Positions 34,691 to 56,695 of a stretch of 64,000 nt of DNA are shown here, in pieces; position 1 is the first letter of the stretch; each line of letters begins with the position of its first letter. The notes beneath the pieces were generated by a model. The model saw nothing but the letters and a program-made list of their open reading frames with translations. It ran no database searches and was not told the DNA's origin. The stretch is from Amoebidium appalachense (lineage: Eukaryota; Protista; Ichthyosporea). A program made the translations under genes and the position numbers. The stretch is taken from NCBI GenBank assembly GCA_963693365.1, contig CAVNZM010000006.1, positions 2,294,001 through 2,358,000 on the forward strand, in the 5' to 3' direction.

Positions 34691-35519
34691 TTTAGGCGGG
34701 GGGGGGGGGGGGGGGGGGGGGGAGGGGAGGTAGGTTGCTTTGTGCAACTTGGAATGTCCAAGGCTGAGTGGCGGGAGGGGAGGGTGGTTGTTGGGTGAGG
34801 GGTGGCCCTGAATAGGCAGGAGAAGCTGGGGGAGGGGAAGGAGGTGAAAGGAAAGAACGGTGCACCCTGTGGCGGGCGGGTGGGCGCCAAGGGAGGAATG
34901 GAGAGGGAGGGGGGGGGGGGGAAGGAGAGGGTGGGAGGAGAGGGTAGGGAGGGGGAGGAAGAGGGGAAGGGGTGGAAGGAGGCAGGGAGGGAGGGAGGGA
35001 AATGTGCAACCAAGAGCAAAAAAACCTGAAGGAGTTTGTGGAAGGCTTTGTAGCTCCCCCTTTCCCCCCCCCCACCCCCCACCCCCTCCCCCCACCTTCG
35101 AGCGCAATTCTCCTAGTTTCTGTTACTCGCCTCTCCTCATCTCCCTCCTGCTTCTCTCTGTTTCTCTCGCTCCTGCAAACCTCTCGCTCTCTCCTCCCCC
35201 CCCCCCCCCCCCCCCCCCCCACCCACCACCACCACACACACACACACACCTGCACACCCTCCTTCAGCAGACCATTTTACACGGTGTACCCTACTAGGTT
35301 GCCGATTGTGTTTTTCTTGTAAGGACGGGGTATGGATAACGTGTGCTCTGTTTCAAAGCTGCACTGGGAACGCCCCTGTGTGTGTGTATGTAATAGGCGG
35401 GGGAGGGGGGGGGGGGGGGGGGAGGGGGTGGGGGGGTGATATAGTGACTGCTCCCCAGTGCTTTGTGCTTGTGTGGTGTGTGTTGGAGGGGGAGGCAGGG
35501 AGAGGGGACTCATGAGACC

Positions 35520-44148
<8,629 letters not shown>

Positions 44149-44627
44149 ATGGCGGGCCCTCATGGGGGGAAATGGCGTGTGGGCAAAGTATGTGGATTGC
44201 ACCACGGTATGTTTACCGATGGAAAAAAGGTGGCGGACAAGTGGCACCCTCTCTTCTCACATGTGTGGTTGAGTAGAAAGAATTGAAGTTCCTCCATTAC
44301 TCTTTTCCTTCGGAGGGCCAGGGAGGAACGATAGGCATACCTCACCACTTGCCCTCCGCCCATCATGTTAAAACCATACAAGTAGATGGCACAATTCAAT
44401 GGTGACTGGTAAGAAGGTGAATTTACTGTGACACAGGTTTGCGAATGTCGTAGTGGTAGTTACTTTGCAGAAAGCCATTTGTTTTGCCAGCATGAATGCA
44501 TCGCATCGTACAGAAGGTCTGAACGAATAATGGGACATGGTGTGGGTGTGGGTGTGGGTGTAGGTGTGGGTGTGTGCGCGTGTGTGCGCGTGTGTGTTGG
44601 TGACAGAGAGGGGAAGGAGGGGAGGGT

Positions 44628-44662
<35 letters not shown>

Positions 44663-44835
44663 GGAAGGGACTGAGAGATCTTGTGAGCAATGCCATGGCC
44701 ATCCATCCGTCTTGAACAGTACAGCCTTTCAGTTGCAGTTGTATGTCAGGGACCTTTTGCACTTCCAGGCACAAGGCCCGAGGGGTATGACGCACGTAGC
44801 AATATAATAAAGACCATCATGTGCATGCACAGCCA

Positions 44836-46137
44836 AGTCACTAGAACTCACGGTGTTTACGGATATATGATCATCGCAAGTATGGCTGTGCACATCTTGG
44901 CCCGGTGACACTTGGGTACGCACTGTACCGCCACGTCAGGTGCAGAATAGGCCCCTGCAAAAAAATCCCGCATATCTTTTGATGTTCAGGGGCCGATTCG
45001 ATAGATGACATATCTCGTGATATTCAGGGGCTAGGCAGGATATATCAACTCATATTCAGATGGACCAAAAAATGATGTCATAAATATCTCGGTCAAGGGC
45101 AAGCCTGAGGCTGTTGACAGCTTTGTGGCCGCTGTCAAGCGCCTTCGTGAACGGTTTGCATATGACTCCTCTACCTTACGACGCCGCTTTCTCTGCTCGT
45201 CGTTGAGCTGACTCTCGGGTTGCGCTTATTCAAATTCAGCTCGCGTGCGCGCTGCAGCTGTAGCTCCTTTTTTCGCTTTTGAGGTAGTCCCTTTTCGTTA
45301 CCCCGTAGCAGGTTGGTTGTATCGCGAAGGTGATTGTCAAAAGCGTTCTCTCGTGCGTCTGTGTGCGGAGCATGTTTAGGCACATTTTCCTCCCGTTCAC
45401 CGCCATTTTCGGTGTCTGGGTTCATAGACATCCTCTTGCTCGTCGTTGCCTATTGTTCCTAGAAACCCAAGCCCTAGAAGTTCTTCCGATACTGCCAGAA
45501 GTTCTCGGTCTCGCTCTACATCCATTTTCAAGCCCCGTTTGGTGCACAACAGCACCTCCTAAACGTCCGGAGCTAAGCTAAACATGTGGCGTTTGTTCCC
45601 TTTCCTAAGTCACACTCCGGCAGACACTCCGGCATTTGGAGTTAGGTGTGGCACGTTAGGTCCGAACACAGACAGAGCAACGAGCGTGCCCACTGTCCAG
45701 GCTGCACAGCGCTGATTGGATTATGTACGCGCCTTTTTCTATAATCCAATGACAAAGTTTTTCTAAAGGTGGGTAATGATAATGCGCCATTCCGCTCCGG
45801 TCACACTTCAAAGCTTCGTATGACGTGGTTTCTGCCTATGGCATCCGAGTTTAGACTAATGATAAAAATTGTCTTAGATGCAAACATGATACATATTTTT
45901 CTGCTATCTTTGGCATTTCTGTGAGCGTACACACCTAAGGTTTTGAACGATAGAAGCAACTGATACTCATAATCAACCATAACACGCACTCTCTTGGAAT
46001 GCCGGCGCGGATGCATATGCCATATTTAGCAGTCGACCTTCCTTCGTATAGACCCGCCTCCCCTCGAGTCACTAGAACTCACGGTGTTTACGGATATATG
46101 ATCATCGCAAGTATGGCTGTGCACATCTTGGCCCGGT
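44836..46137 (+). repeat. Perfect 71-bp direct repeat pair (44836-44906 and 46067-46137)
   Basis: AGTCACTAGAACTCACGGTGTTTACGGATATATGATCATCGCAAGTATGGCTGTGCACATCTTGGCCCGGT is identical at both sites. Confidence 0.97.
45171..45525 (-). pseudogene. Charged coding-like fragment of unknown family, divergent from the KDZ relic
   Basis: Two adjacent frames give DVERDRELLAVSEELLGLG..EDVYEP and DTENGGEREENVPKH..QKRKKELQLQRARELNLNKRNP, ending near a possible GTAAGG donor. No recognisable domain. Confidence 0.3.
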
Positions 46138-46140
46138 CAT

Positions 46141-47835
46141 ATGCAAACCGTACCACGAGTTTCCGACTCTGCTTCGACTGCTACGAATTGCTGGCACAGA
46201 GTACGAAGTATTGCTTTGGTTGCCAACTTGACCAAGTTCTGCAGCAAAAGCAGGAAACCGATCGCAGGTATCGCATGCACAAGCCGGTACATAGTTGAAG
46301 TCTGCACTGGTAACCTGCCGTTGCCAAAGGAGCAGCGCGAGATGATATCACTGGTTGCGGCTGCGGAGGAGAGAGCTAGCCCAGCGGCAGGAGCTTATAG
46401 CCGGCGCATTTTTCTTGTCAAGGGCAGAAACCCAAGAGGCCCCGATCGACGGTATGTAAAGCAGGTTTACACATTTTTTTGTGGTGCATACATGTGTGTG
46501 TTTTAGGGCGTGTGCCTGTTACACCTTTGTTGACTGACCGACTATTATGGTTCTTCCCCTTCGATGTATGTTTTCCAGTTCGTGAGTGATTTTGCCCCTT
46601 AGTTTTTGTTCATATGCATCAAATCATTCGAAACTTTAGTCCCAAACCCATTGCTCCCCCACCCCCTCTCCCCCCCTCGAACATGTAGGTATGGCAGCAC
46701 TTTCTGATCCCCCCTCTTCCCCCCCCCCCTTCCCCCCCCCCCCCCCCCATTTCCCTGCTTTCTCGCTGTTATGTGTGGCGTTCCATGCCGTGGAGTGATA
46801 TGAAATTTCCAACGTGGTGTGGAAGGCTGCCCACTAGTACCCTTCCCCTATTCTTCCCTCTACCAATCCGTCTTCCACTTGCTCGCCGCACTCACACACC
46901 CCGCTTTCTGGGCCTGAGCACAAGCACCACCCCCTCCCCCCCCCCTTCCCCTCTCCCCCCCCCCCCCCCCCCCCCCTCCCCCCCCCCCCCCCCTCCTCCC
47001 TCCTCCCTGGCGCGTCTCCTTCTCTGCACTCACCTCCAGCCCCTTCTTGCTGCAAGGTTATTACATGCACATCAAAAGGTTTAACCCAAACAGCCCCCAT
47101 CCCTCCTTCCGCTCTCTAGCGCTCATCTTCCCCTTCCCAAAATACTCTATCAAAGACATGTGCATGCCCTGTTCTTCGGCACATGTATGTAGTTGACTTA
47201 CTTGCAGGTTTTCTGCAGAGCTTGGCAAGCCACGTACGGTTGGCTGCAAGGTGCCCCCCCACTGGGCCAGTTTCCTTGAGAAAAAATACCAAGACCACCT
47301 GCAGGCAGCACAGCAGCAGGATCAGAACTCGGGGAATGGTGGCCCAGGTGTAGGGGGGGCAGCCCAGCAGGGTGCCCATGCACAGCCAGCATGCAGCCCT
47401 GCTGACCGGGAAAAGGCATCGCGCCTTTGGAGTTCGGGGCTTCTGGGTCGGCAGCGGTTGATTGAGGAGGATGCAGAGCACTTCGGGTTCAGCCAGGTGC
47501 AGAAGGTGATTGATGGCAAAGGAAACCCGACTGGGTGCTATGTAGGTGCGTGTGCTTGTTGTTGGATGGGCGTGTAAGGTTGTGGCAATGAGCTCGAGGG
47601 CTTGTAGGGTTATGGGCACCATTGCAAACTAAGCTCAAGGGTGCCTGATATGAGTCATCGTATTTGTGTGTGGCTTTCCGCGGGGGGGGGGGGGGGGGGG
47701 GAGGGGGGGGGGGGGGGAGTGGGGGGGGGGAGTGGGGGGGAGGGCATAGGTGTCGCTGTTTAGGTTGGCGCTCTTTACTGTTGGAGGGGCGTGGCCTTTT
47801 TTTTTTTTTTTGTGTGTGTGGGTGGGTGGGTGGGT

Positions 47836-47884
<49 letters not shown>

Positions 47885-47967
47885 GAGGGGGAGAGGGGAG
47901 AGAGGGGAGGGGGGGTAAGCGCCTAAAAACAATATGGTTTGAAGGAATATGTGCGACCGGTTGGCTG

Positions 47968-48010
<43 letters not shown>

Positions 48011-48461
48011 TGTGTCTGTGTCTGTGTCTGTGTCAGTCTGTGTGCGTGATTGATCTGACTTGGATAGGTGGGCAGTAGAAATTTGTATTCCTGGGGGGGC
48101 GTAGGCAATGGTGAGGGAAAGGTAGACACAAGACACCTGCTTACTATCTGCCTCTTGCAGTGCACGGTGGTGTTGCAGCAAGTGCAGACGATGGGGATGT
48201 GCTTGATGATCCCACTGGCTTCCGTGTTGTCTATGCCCGTTCTGATAAGAATGGGCGCATTGTCTCCTTCTCCTGTAGTTGCCCACAGTACCGTGGGCGC
48301 AAGCGCAATGCCAAACGCGATGGTTTTGTCCGATGCTTCCACTTCTGGCCCCTTCAGATGTCTTTTTATACTGAGCTGCAGTTGCCACATGCCGCATTTT
48401 CACAAGGTGGTGGGTGGGTGGGTGGGTGGGTGGGTGGGTGTGGGTGTGGGTGTGGGTGTGT

Positions 48462-48502
<41 letters not shown>

Positions 48503-48599
48503 GTGTGTGTGTGTTTGTGTGTGTGTGTGCGTGCGCACACACACACGTACGAGCATGCAAGTACACCTACACACTTCCACGCGCGCGCACACACACGGA

Positions 48600-48632
<33 letters not shown>

Positions 48633-48957
48633 TTCTAACAACCCACTCGCCGAATCCACATCACCCACAAACCATTTTCAACCTATGGTATTGCCTAGGG
48701 TAAATGAACGCCGTGCGTGTTTGTGTGTGTATTTTTTGTTTTACTTTTGGACTTTTTGGGAGGGGGGGATGAGAGAGGGAAAGGTGTTTGTTTGTTTGGG
48801 GGGGGGGAGAAAGGGGGGGGGGGGGGGGGGGGGGGGAGGGGGGAGGGGGGGAGGGAGGGGGGGGGGGGGGAGGGCAGAAGGACAGAGTTTCTTTTCCCTT
48901 TTCTTTTCTTTTTTCCCTCCTTTTTCCTTTTGATGGTCGAAGGTGGGTGAGGTACAC

Positions 48958-49009
<52 letters not shown>

Positions 49010-49016
49010 ACACACG

Positions 49017-49058
<42 letters not shown>

Positions 49059-49639
49059 GACACACACACACACACACATACACACACACACACACAATAC
49101 ACCTGAAATCGCGCGCGCGCACACACACACACACACACACAGACACACACACACACGCACACACACACACACACACACACGCACACACACGTACACACAT
49201 GCACACGCCTCGCACGCGCATGCGCACATCGTGAAAAACACACACAAACAGACACACCTGGAAGCACACACACGCACACGCACACACACACACACAGACA
49301 GACACACACACAGTGAGAGATAGAGGGAGAGAGAGACACACACAATACACGTCACACATAGCATACATCATGTATGTATGCATATCCATGCACATGTGTA
49401 CATGTATGCAGGCTCGCACACATCCTCTCATACAAGCCACAATTGCACTTTACACTATCCCCCCTCTCCCCCTCTCCCCCCCCACAAAAAATAAATAAAT
49501 AAAGTCCCCATACCCAACATCCCCACCCAGACACCCATTTAACCTTGACCGCAGATGATCCGACTAAAAATACCCCCTCCCTGGGCCCCCCCTCCCCCCC
49601 CCCCCCCCCCCCCCCCAACCAACCAACCAACCAACCAAC

Positions 49640-49674
<35 letters not shown>

Positions 49675-50270
49675 ATTCCCAACCCTTTTGAGTCCCGTAC
49701 TCCTGTAAACCAAAAATTGACTCGTGTAAACCACAGGAGATGGATGTGCCCCAACTGGCCATGTACTATGGACCGCGCCGACCAAAGGCTCCCGAGGCCC
49801 TTCCTCGCGACCTTGCACATGGCAAGCCCCGCTGGTTCCTGCATCGCACCGGTCAAATCAAGCGATATTTGATGTTCGATAATTTTCACTTCAACCCTAC
49901 ACAAGGACGGCAACACAAGCATAAGCGGTCGGAGGCAACCAATCGGTCGCGCTGTGATGCCTACAACACGCGCCTGTGCAAGCAGCTCAAAAGGTAGCAT
50001 CAGTACAACACAGTTTCGCATGAGATTTGGAACAGCCTTGCCGAGCGCCGCAAAGCAACTGTGCGGTACCCGGACCCGTATGTGTTCTACCTCGCCAACG
50101 TGTACCTCGACTACTGCACCAACAAGAAGCTGGTAGCTGCACAGCGCGAGAGCATGCAGAAGTGCGCTCTAGATGGGGAGATTGTGGTGCGGGGGCCAGA
50201 TCACTGCTGGGCATTTGCCTGTGCAAAGTGCGAGACCATTGGGCACCGTGCTGAGCAGTGCCCGGCCTGA
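46141..50270 (+). mobile_element. Spliced, internally deleted KDZ (Zisupton-like) transposase relic with SWIM finger and C-terminal CCHC knuckle
   Basis: Exons ~46141-46451, 47208-47545, 48161-48406, 49737-50270. SWIM-like FSCSCPQY-x11-RCFH. KDZ-like C-terminal half: (frame-corrected) MCPTGHVLW..SEALPRDL, then FDNFH..H..C..YN..YNTVSHEIWNSL..VRY. Ends CAKCETIGHRAEQC (CX2CX4HX4C). In-frame TAG at 49995-49997. Confidence 0.62.
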
Positions 50271-50602
50271 GTCCAGGGGTGCATGGGGGCTTAGTTGAAC
50301 TCCCCACTTAGTGTGGGCCTTTTTCGCGTGCACCTCTTTTCTGGGTTCTATTTTCTTTCTGCCTCTTTTCTGGGTTCTATTTTCTTTCTGCCTCTTTTCT
50401 GGGTCGTTGCTGTGTGAGTGTATGTTTGGGGAGGGGGGGGGGGGGGGGGGGCATACTTGCTTGGATTCTTTCATTAGAAAGGCTTCTGCTGTCCACTAAG
50501 ACTGCAAACTGGGGTGTAATATTAGACATTGGCTTCTTTTCGTACCCATGTAGATTCCCTTCCAGGCGAGACCCCCCGCTTGGAGGGGTTCTTTGTGATA
50601 GA

Positions 50603-50760
50603 TTTTCTCCTAGATTCGGCTAAGTTTGATTTAGTAGTTTTATCTTTGTCCTTCTTTTCTCCTAAATTCGGCTAGGTTTAATTTAGTAGTTTTATCTTGG
50701 TCCTTCTTTTCTCCTAAATTCGGCTAAGTTTGATTTAGTAGTTTTATCTTTGTCCTTCTT
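50603..50760. repeat. 52-bp tandem repeat, 3 copies (a 29-bp repeat of about 2.5 copies lies nearby at ~50332-50405)
   Basis: TTTTCTCCTAAATTCGGCTAAGTTTGATTTAGTAGTTTTATCTTTGTCCTTC starts at 50603, 50655 and 50707. Confidence 0.95.
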
Positions 50761-50829
50761 GTCTAAGCGTCCACCCAAGTGAGGCATGGTTTTATAGTTA
50801 TCCTATAAATCCGTAATATGTATAGCTTG

Positions 50830-50856
50830 GGGGCGCTTGCGGCGCCCCTCGTCTAG
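50830..50856 (+). mobile_element. Helitron-like 3' terminus
   Basis: GC hairpin GGGGCGC-TTGCG-GCGCCCC (50830-50848), a 4-nt gap, then CTAG (50853-50856) followed by T. This is the standard Helitron 3' signature. The 5' TC end was not located. Confidence 0.6.
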
Positions 50857-50977
50857 TGTGTGGCCGTGCTGGAAAACACAGTAAGCCACACATGCAAACG
50901 AGGGGCTGTGCCCCCACCGTTTCCCATCGTGATCGCGCACGCGCGGGAAAGAGAGTGTGTGTAAACGTTTGGGGAGG

Positions 50978-51112
<135 letters not shown>

Positions 51113-51268
51113 GTGTGTGTGTTTGTGTGAAGGTGTGTGTGTGTGTGTGTGTGTTTTATTTTATTTTATCACGTTTTGTTCCCGGAGGGCCATTACAGGC
51201 CCTCTAGGGAAACTACCTTCTACCACACAGCACCGACAGTACACTAGTTAGGGTGCTATCTATGAGTT

Positions 51269-51319
<51 letters not shown>

Positions 51320-52954
51320 CACTGTGTGTGTGTGTGTGACACTGTGTGTGTCTGTGCAAGTGTTTGTGTGTGTGTGTGAAGGTGTGTGTGTGTGTGTGTG
51401 TGCGTCTGTGTGTTTGTGTTTGTGCGTGCGTGTGTGCGTGTGCGTGTGCATGTGTGTCACGTGTGTGTGTGCAAGTGTATGTGTGTGTAAGGGATTTTAC
51501 CGAAAAACTTGACGTAAAGTAAGTTTTTTTATGTTTTTTTTTTTCTTTTGACTCGGTTTTATTGATCCGTTTCAAAAGAAGAAAAAAAAACATATGTTTT
51601 TTCGTGATCGCTTGACCAGATCACACTGTTATGCTGTTATCTAAACGTGTGTGCAGGGGGTATAAAAACACACCAACTGTGAAATTTTGATGCATGCGGT
51701 TCCCGAGTTATTGCATTTTTAATTTTTTGAAACGTGCATAATGTTCTGCTCAAACCTGCATAACGTTATGCAATTTTAGTAAATGTAATTTTGAGTCTAA
51801 AATATCGTTAAAATGCCTTGTGTACACGTGTGTACTTATTTGTGTATGCGTGTGTGTGCGTGTGTGTACGTGGGTGACATGTGTCAGTGCGTGCGCACGT
51901 CAGCCCTCATGATCAGCCTGCCACCTCCGCGATTTGGCGCGCCGCATGCAAATGCGGGCGAGCCCCCAACGGCAGAGCATACAATGTGTACACAATGCAC
52001 TAAAATGCATGTATGTATGCCCCACATGCTGAGCACGGGGGTCGGTCAGCCGAAGTGGCATGGTTTTATGCGTAGTGTCTGGACTGCTGGATGAGGCGCC
52101 AGGCCAACAGCCAATAAAGCACGACTTGAGGGTTTTGGGCGCACGTGTTTGGGTGGTGCACCGGTGGCGACGTCGCGCGATGTGATCTGCCGGCATGCGG
52201 GCGGGCGCGGCCCGGCGCGGCGGCGCAGTACTATTTACCGGAACGGCACCGATTGGATAGCGCTCTTGCGAGTCGAAACCGACAAACCGCCATATGTGGG
52301 TCAGGTGACTCAGGTCATAGAAGCCACTAGGTAATGTCAAGGCTAATACAAAGCCTATTCAGTGGATCTTAAATGAGTAAGATGCAGTTTGTGAGCCTAT
52401 AAGTCCTTATTAAAAGAAAACATAAATAAAGGTTCGAAATAATACTCGAGTCTATGGCCCCACCGTGAGGTAGGCGTCAAACAGAGGGAATGAAGCTATC
52501 CCCCACACATACGTTATACATGAGAGACTAGAGGGGTTCCATTGACACAATAAGTCCTTATCAAAAGAAAAAATAAATAAATAGTCGTATGTTATAGAGA
52601 TTGTTCCTCTTTGTTGATCGAATTCCAGAATAATAATGAATTTGTGAATGACAGTATGAATACACAACACCCCACAACAAGGAGTGTGTGGAGAACCGGG
52701 GATCTTTCAGAGAACAACACCTGATTGGTGCATCTTGAGTCAGAGCACATTCCGAGGGGTGCCCACCTGCAGTGCATGCACATGCAAGTCCGCGCTCGAG
52801 CCATCGCTATAAACACACTACTACCACAGCCGTTGTCGTTCGTTCATCCACATGTACGTGTAATACCCGATGAAATATGCATATATTATCAGTTTCGTAT
52901 ACTTTACTAACTTAAGTAACTTAGCCACTTTATTATGCGAGGGCCCACGGGCAC

Positions 52955-53971
52955 AGAATGCTTTGTATACGTATCTGTATGTACGTACGTACGTGACCCA
53001 AAAAGATCGCGATCAGCATGCGGTTATTTCGGGATGTGTATCTTGCTTCTCTTTCTCATACTGTCCACCTATACAATCGTCTTAGTATATTTCGCACATA
53101 TATTCGCCCTTTGTCGGAATACGGGTTGCCCTTACTAGCTATGGCACCCCCTGATACTGTTACTAATGTCCTCAAATCATTAGATGATTTCCATTACACA
53201 ACTTGTTGTATGTTTCTCACTGGTCTTTCCACACCTATCCCTAGACGCCTTTTTGATTCTCTCTACGCACTCACACCACCATCACAACGCGTACACGAAT
53301 TAGCCCTTAAATTTCACGAGCACATCACCCGCCTGTCCGCTTGTGCCCCGGACCACCCGCTCTTCCGGCTACACGCATCCCCGCCGGATTCGCCCCTGTA
53401 CCTCTTCCCTTCCCCATCGTCTCTGCCCATTGCCGAGCGCTATGTGGAATGGCTGGCGACCCCCCCGGAGGTACGGCTAGATCATAGTGTGAATATGAAT
53501 AGTTTCAAGTCTATGGCTGATAGATATCTTTTTACTCTACGTGTTGAGTCCCTTCCGGTGTTAGGACCGCACAAACACCAACTACTAGTAGCCTATATGG
53601 CGGATACGGTTAGAGAGTCTCGTTCATACATAGATTCGTTTATTCGTAATGTGGTGTGGTGTAAAAACGCAAAGATGATTATGGCTTGGCGGTGTAATCG
53701 GTTTCTGGTGTCTCCTGCTCGTATGTGTAATATGTGTGGGGGGCGGTTTACTCGCGGCTGCATATCTATCAATAAATGCAACCTGTTAGCTAATGTATTA
53801 GAACCGGAGGTTATTGGCGGTTTTATTCTCTTTTCTTCATCTCTTCCTCAATATATCCGTTTTAAGATGACTATCCTAGATCACCTTATTAATGCTGCAC
53901 AGTATGATATTGTGATCCGGTGCCTTAACTTTCTGTCGGAGCTACCGATGCTAGCATCTGCTTACCCATAA
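52955..53971 (+). mobile_element. 5'-truncated non-LTR retrotransposon (post-RT C-terminal part of ORF2)
   Basis: Intronless 317-aa ORF with RLSIFRTYIRPLSEYGL (the LINE post-RT motif of type Y..xIRP.LEYG) and a Cys-rich end WRCNRF..CNMCGGRFTRGCI..C. An LYTYL remnant just upstream in another frame resembles the RT YxYLG motif. The YADD core is absent. Confidence 0.75.
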
Positions 53972-54974
53972 TATGTAATAGGGGTGTCAGATCCTACGAT
54001 GGCGCTCATTGTTGCCTAGCATGTACATATGTCACTGGCTGCATTTGATTGGCTGTGCTGGAAAACGCAGTAGGCCGTCGAATGTGGCTGGGCCTCCGGC
54101 AATGTCCACGCAATAAAAAGTGTGTAAACCCCCCAGCATGCGTCGCTGCGGCCTGCAGCTGTGAACTCAGAATTCCGCCTTGCTTAGTAGCCCTATGGTT
54201 AAAACACACTCAAAACACACGAGAAAATTCATGTTATTGCAGTTAAAAAAAACTCACAAAAACAGCTTGAACAGAAAGGCTTCTACCAAAAAAAAAAGAA
54301 AAAAAAAAAAACCGGCGCCGCCGACGTGTTCAATGATTTCGAAAGCACATATCTGCTGCATCGACGAAGTGTGCTCCTATTGGTTCCCTGAACAGTCACC
54401 AAGCATACCAAAGATTCCCCTTTTGGGGGGTGACCGTAAACTCAAATTTCCAGGCGTATGGCATTGCCTACTACATTGAAATATTGATATACTCTGCCAT
54501 TTTAGACCAAAAACAGCATAAATATGGTAAACCAAATAACCAAAGCAATATATTTAAAATATAAAGCTCATAACAAATAGACAAGAGTAACAAAGCTCTA
54601 GAATGACTAGTGAGGATAAAACGAAGACTGCAATTTACAGTGGTACTTGATAGACCCCGTACGCCCCGACAAAGCGATCGAGGCTCATAATTGCTAACGG
54701 GGCAGGGTTCGAAGGACGGTGGAGCCCATTAACGGAAGTCGAAATCCCGTTTCGGAAAACCTCTTCGAAAATCGGAATGCTCCGTCGGAGCAGGCCCACC
54801 AAAAATCGTAATCATCGCGCATCAGTAAACTAGGGCATGCTTATTTGTGCCTATATTGCATCAAAATGTAATTATAATGCATACTCAAAAACCCCTGTGG
54901 TTATTAGAGGCCTTCCTGGTGTTGGCAGTTGAAGCTTTGAAGGAATAAAAGGGAAATATGAAGTGCATTAATGC

Positions 54975-55016
<42 letters not shown>

Positions 55017-55399
55017 TTTTGTCTCCGTATTTAAAAATTCTGGGGGAGGGGAGGGGAGGGGAGGGAGGGAGGGGGGGGGGGGGGGGGGGGAGGGGGGGAG
55101 TGAGTTGAGGCAGCAACATGGGAAGCTCAGGCAGAAATCGAATGTTTGGGGGGGGGGGGGGGGCCGCCGGGAGAGGGGGGGGGGGAGGGGGGGGGGAAGA
55201 AAATCAGGTTGGGTGGTTGTGTCTGTGTTTGTGTGTGTGTGAGTATTTTTCTTTGCAATTGTGTGTGTGTGTGTGGTGGGTATGTATGCACGGTTTGTGT
55301 GTCTGTGTGTATGTGTACAGGTGTGGGTGTGTGTATTTGTGTCAGCGGTAATCGGTGTGTGTGTGTCTATGTTGTGTCACAGTGCATGTGTGCACATGT

Positions 55400-55459
<60 letters not shown>

Positions 55460-55646
55460 ATGACATTGTGTGCATGTGTGTGTGTGTTTTGCGTCAACGG
55501 TTATGGTGTGCGTGTATGTATGTACAGTGTGTGTATGTATGTGTGTGTGTGTGCAGTGTGGTGTGTATGTATGCAGGGTGTGTGTGTCTGTGTATGTGTG
55601 TGTACATGCCAATGTGGGTGTGTGTGTTTGTACCAACGGTTTCTTG

Positions 55647-55681
<35 letters not shown>

Positions 55682-56659
55682 GCCACGGAGTGTGTGTGCG
55701 TGCGCCGTGTACATGGTGTGTGTGTGCAGTGTAAGTGTGTGTGTGTACATCATGTGTGTGTGTGCAGTGTGTGTGTTTGCGTGTGTATGTGGGTGGGTGG
55801 GTGCATAGCATGTGATTGTACAGGGTGGATGCATGTGCACGTTTGTAATACAGTTATCATGATCTGAGATAGTATGTGCCTGTGCACGTGTACTAGCCTA
55901 GGTCACATGATTGTGTGGTGTCACGGCTGTGTATGTATGTGCATGTGTGTCTTTGAACGGAACACAGTCACTGTGGTGCACAGTGTGTGTATCGCCTGCC
56001 ATTGAAGACGCGTGCCACTGATCGTGATACACGTGGCACCTGCACCTGGTGGCCGTCGACTCTGAGCATCTAGATCCATTCCATCTTTAGGCCTTCCTGG
56101 GGGGGAATTGGGGGGGGGCCGGGGGGAGGGGAGTACTAGTAGGGGGGAGGGGGGGGGGGGGGGGAGGGATCCGCCTGAGACGGGGGGGGGGGGGGGGGGG
56201 GGTGAGGCCGGAGCGGCGGTGGGGGGAGAAGGAGGGGCAGCACTGGTGGAGGGAACGGTGAGCAGCGGAGGAGGGGGGAATGGGGTTCGATTTCTGGGGG
56301 GGGGAAGTTTTGAAGTGGAGGCCGGCCTATATATACATGCGCAGATATGTGCATTGTATGTTCATGTGGCCATGCATGGCTATGATGCATATGTGGTGTC
56401 ACGGCTGTGTGTGTGTGAATTTGTGTGTGGGTGTCTGTGTGTGTGTGCGTGTGTGTGTGTGTGTGTGCGTGGGTGTGTGCAGAAATGTGTTTGGTGTGAC
56501 AACATGTACATGTGCTAGCTGGCGCTGTAGTCAGGGTCTGCCATTGAACATTCTACAGGGACAGGGAGACACGTACGTACGTGTGCAGCTTGTGTGGGTG
56601 GTGTATGCCCCGTGTATGATGAGACCTGCGAAGTCATGAGAAGCTTCCCCCCGGGGGCG

Positions 56660-56695
<36 letters not shown>

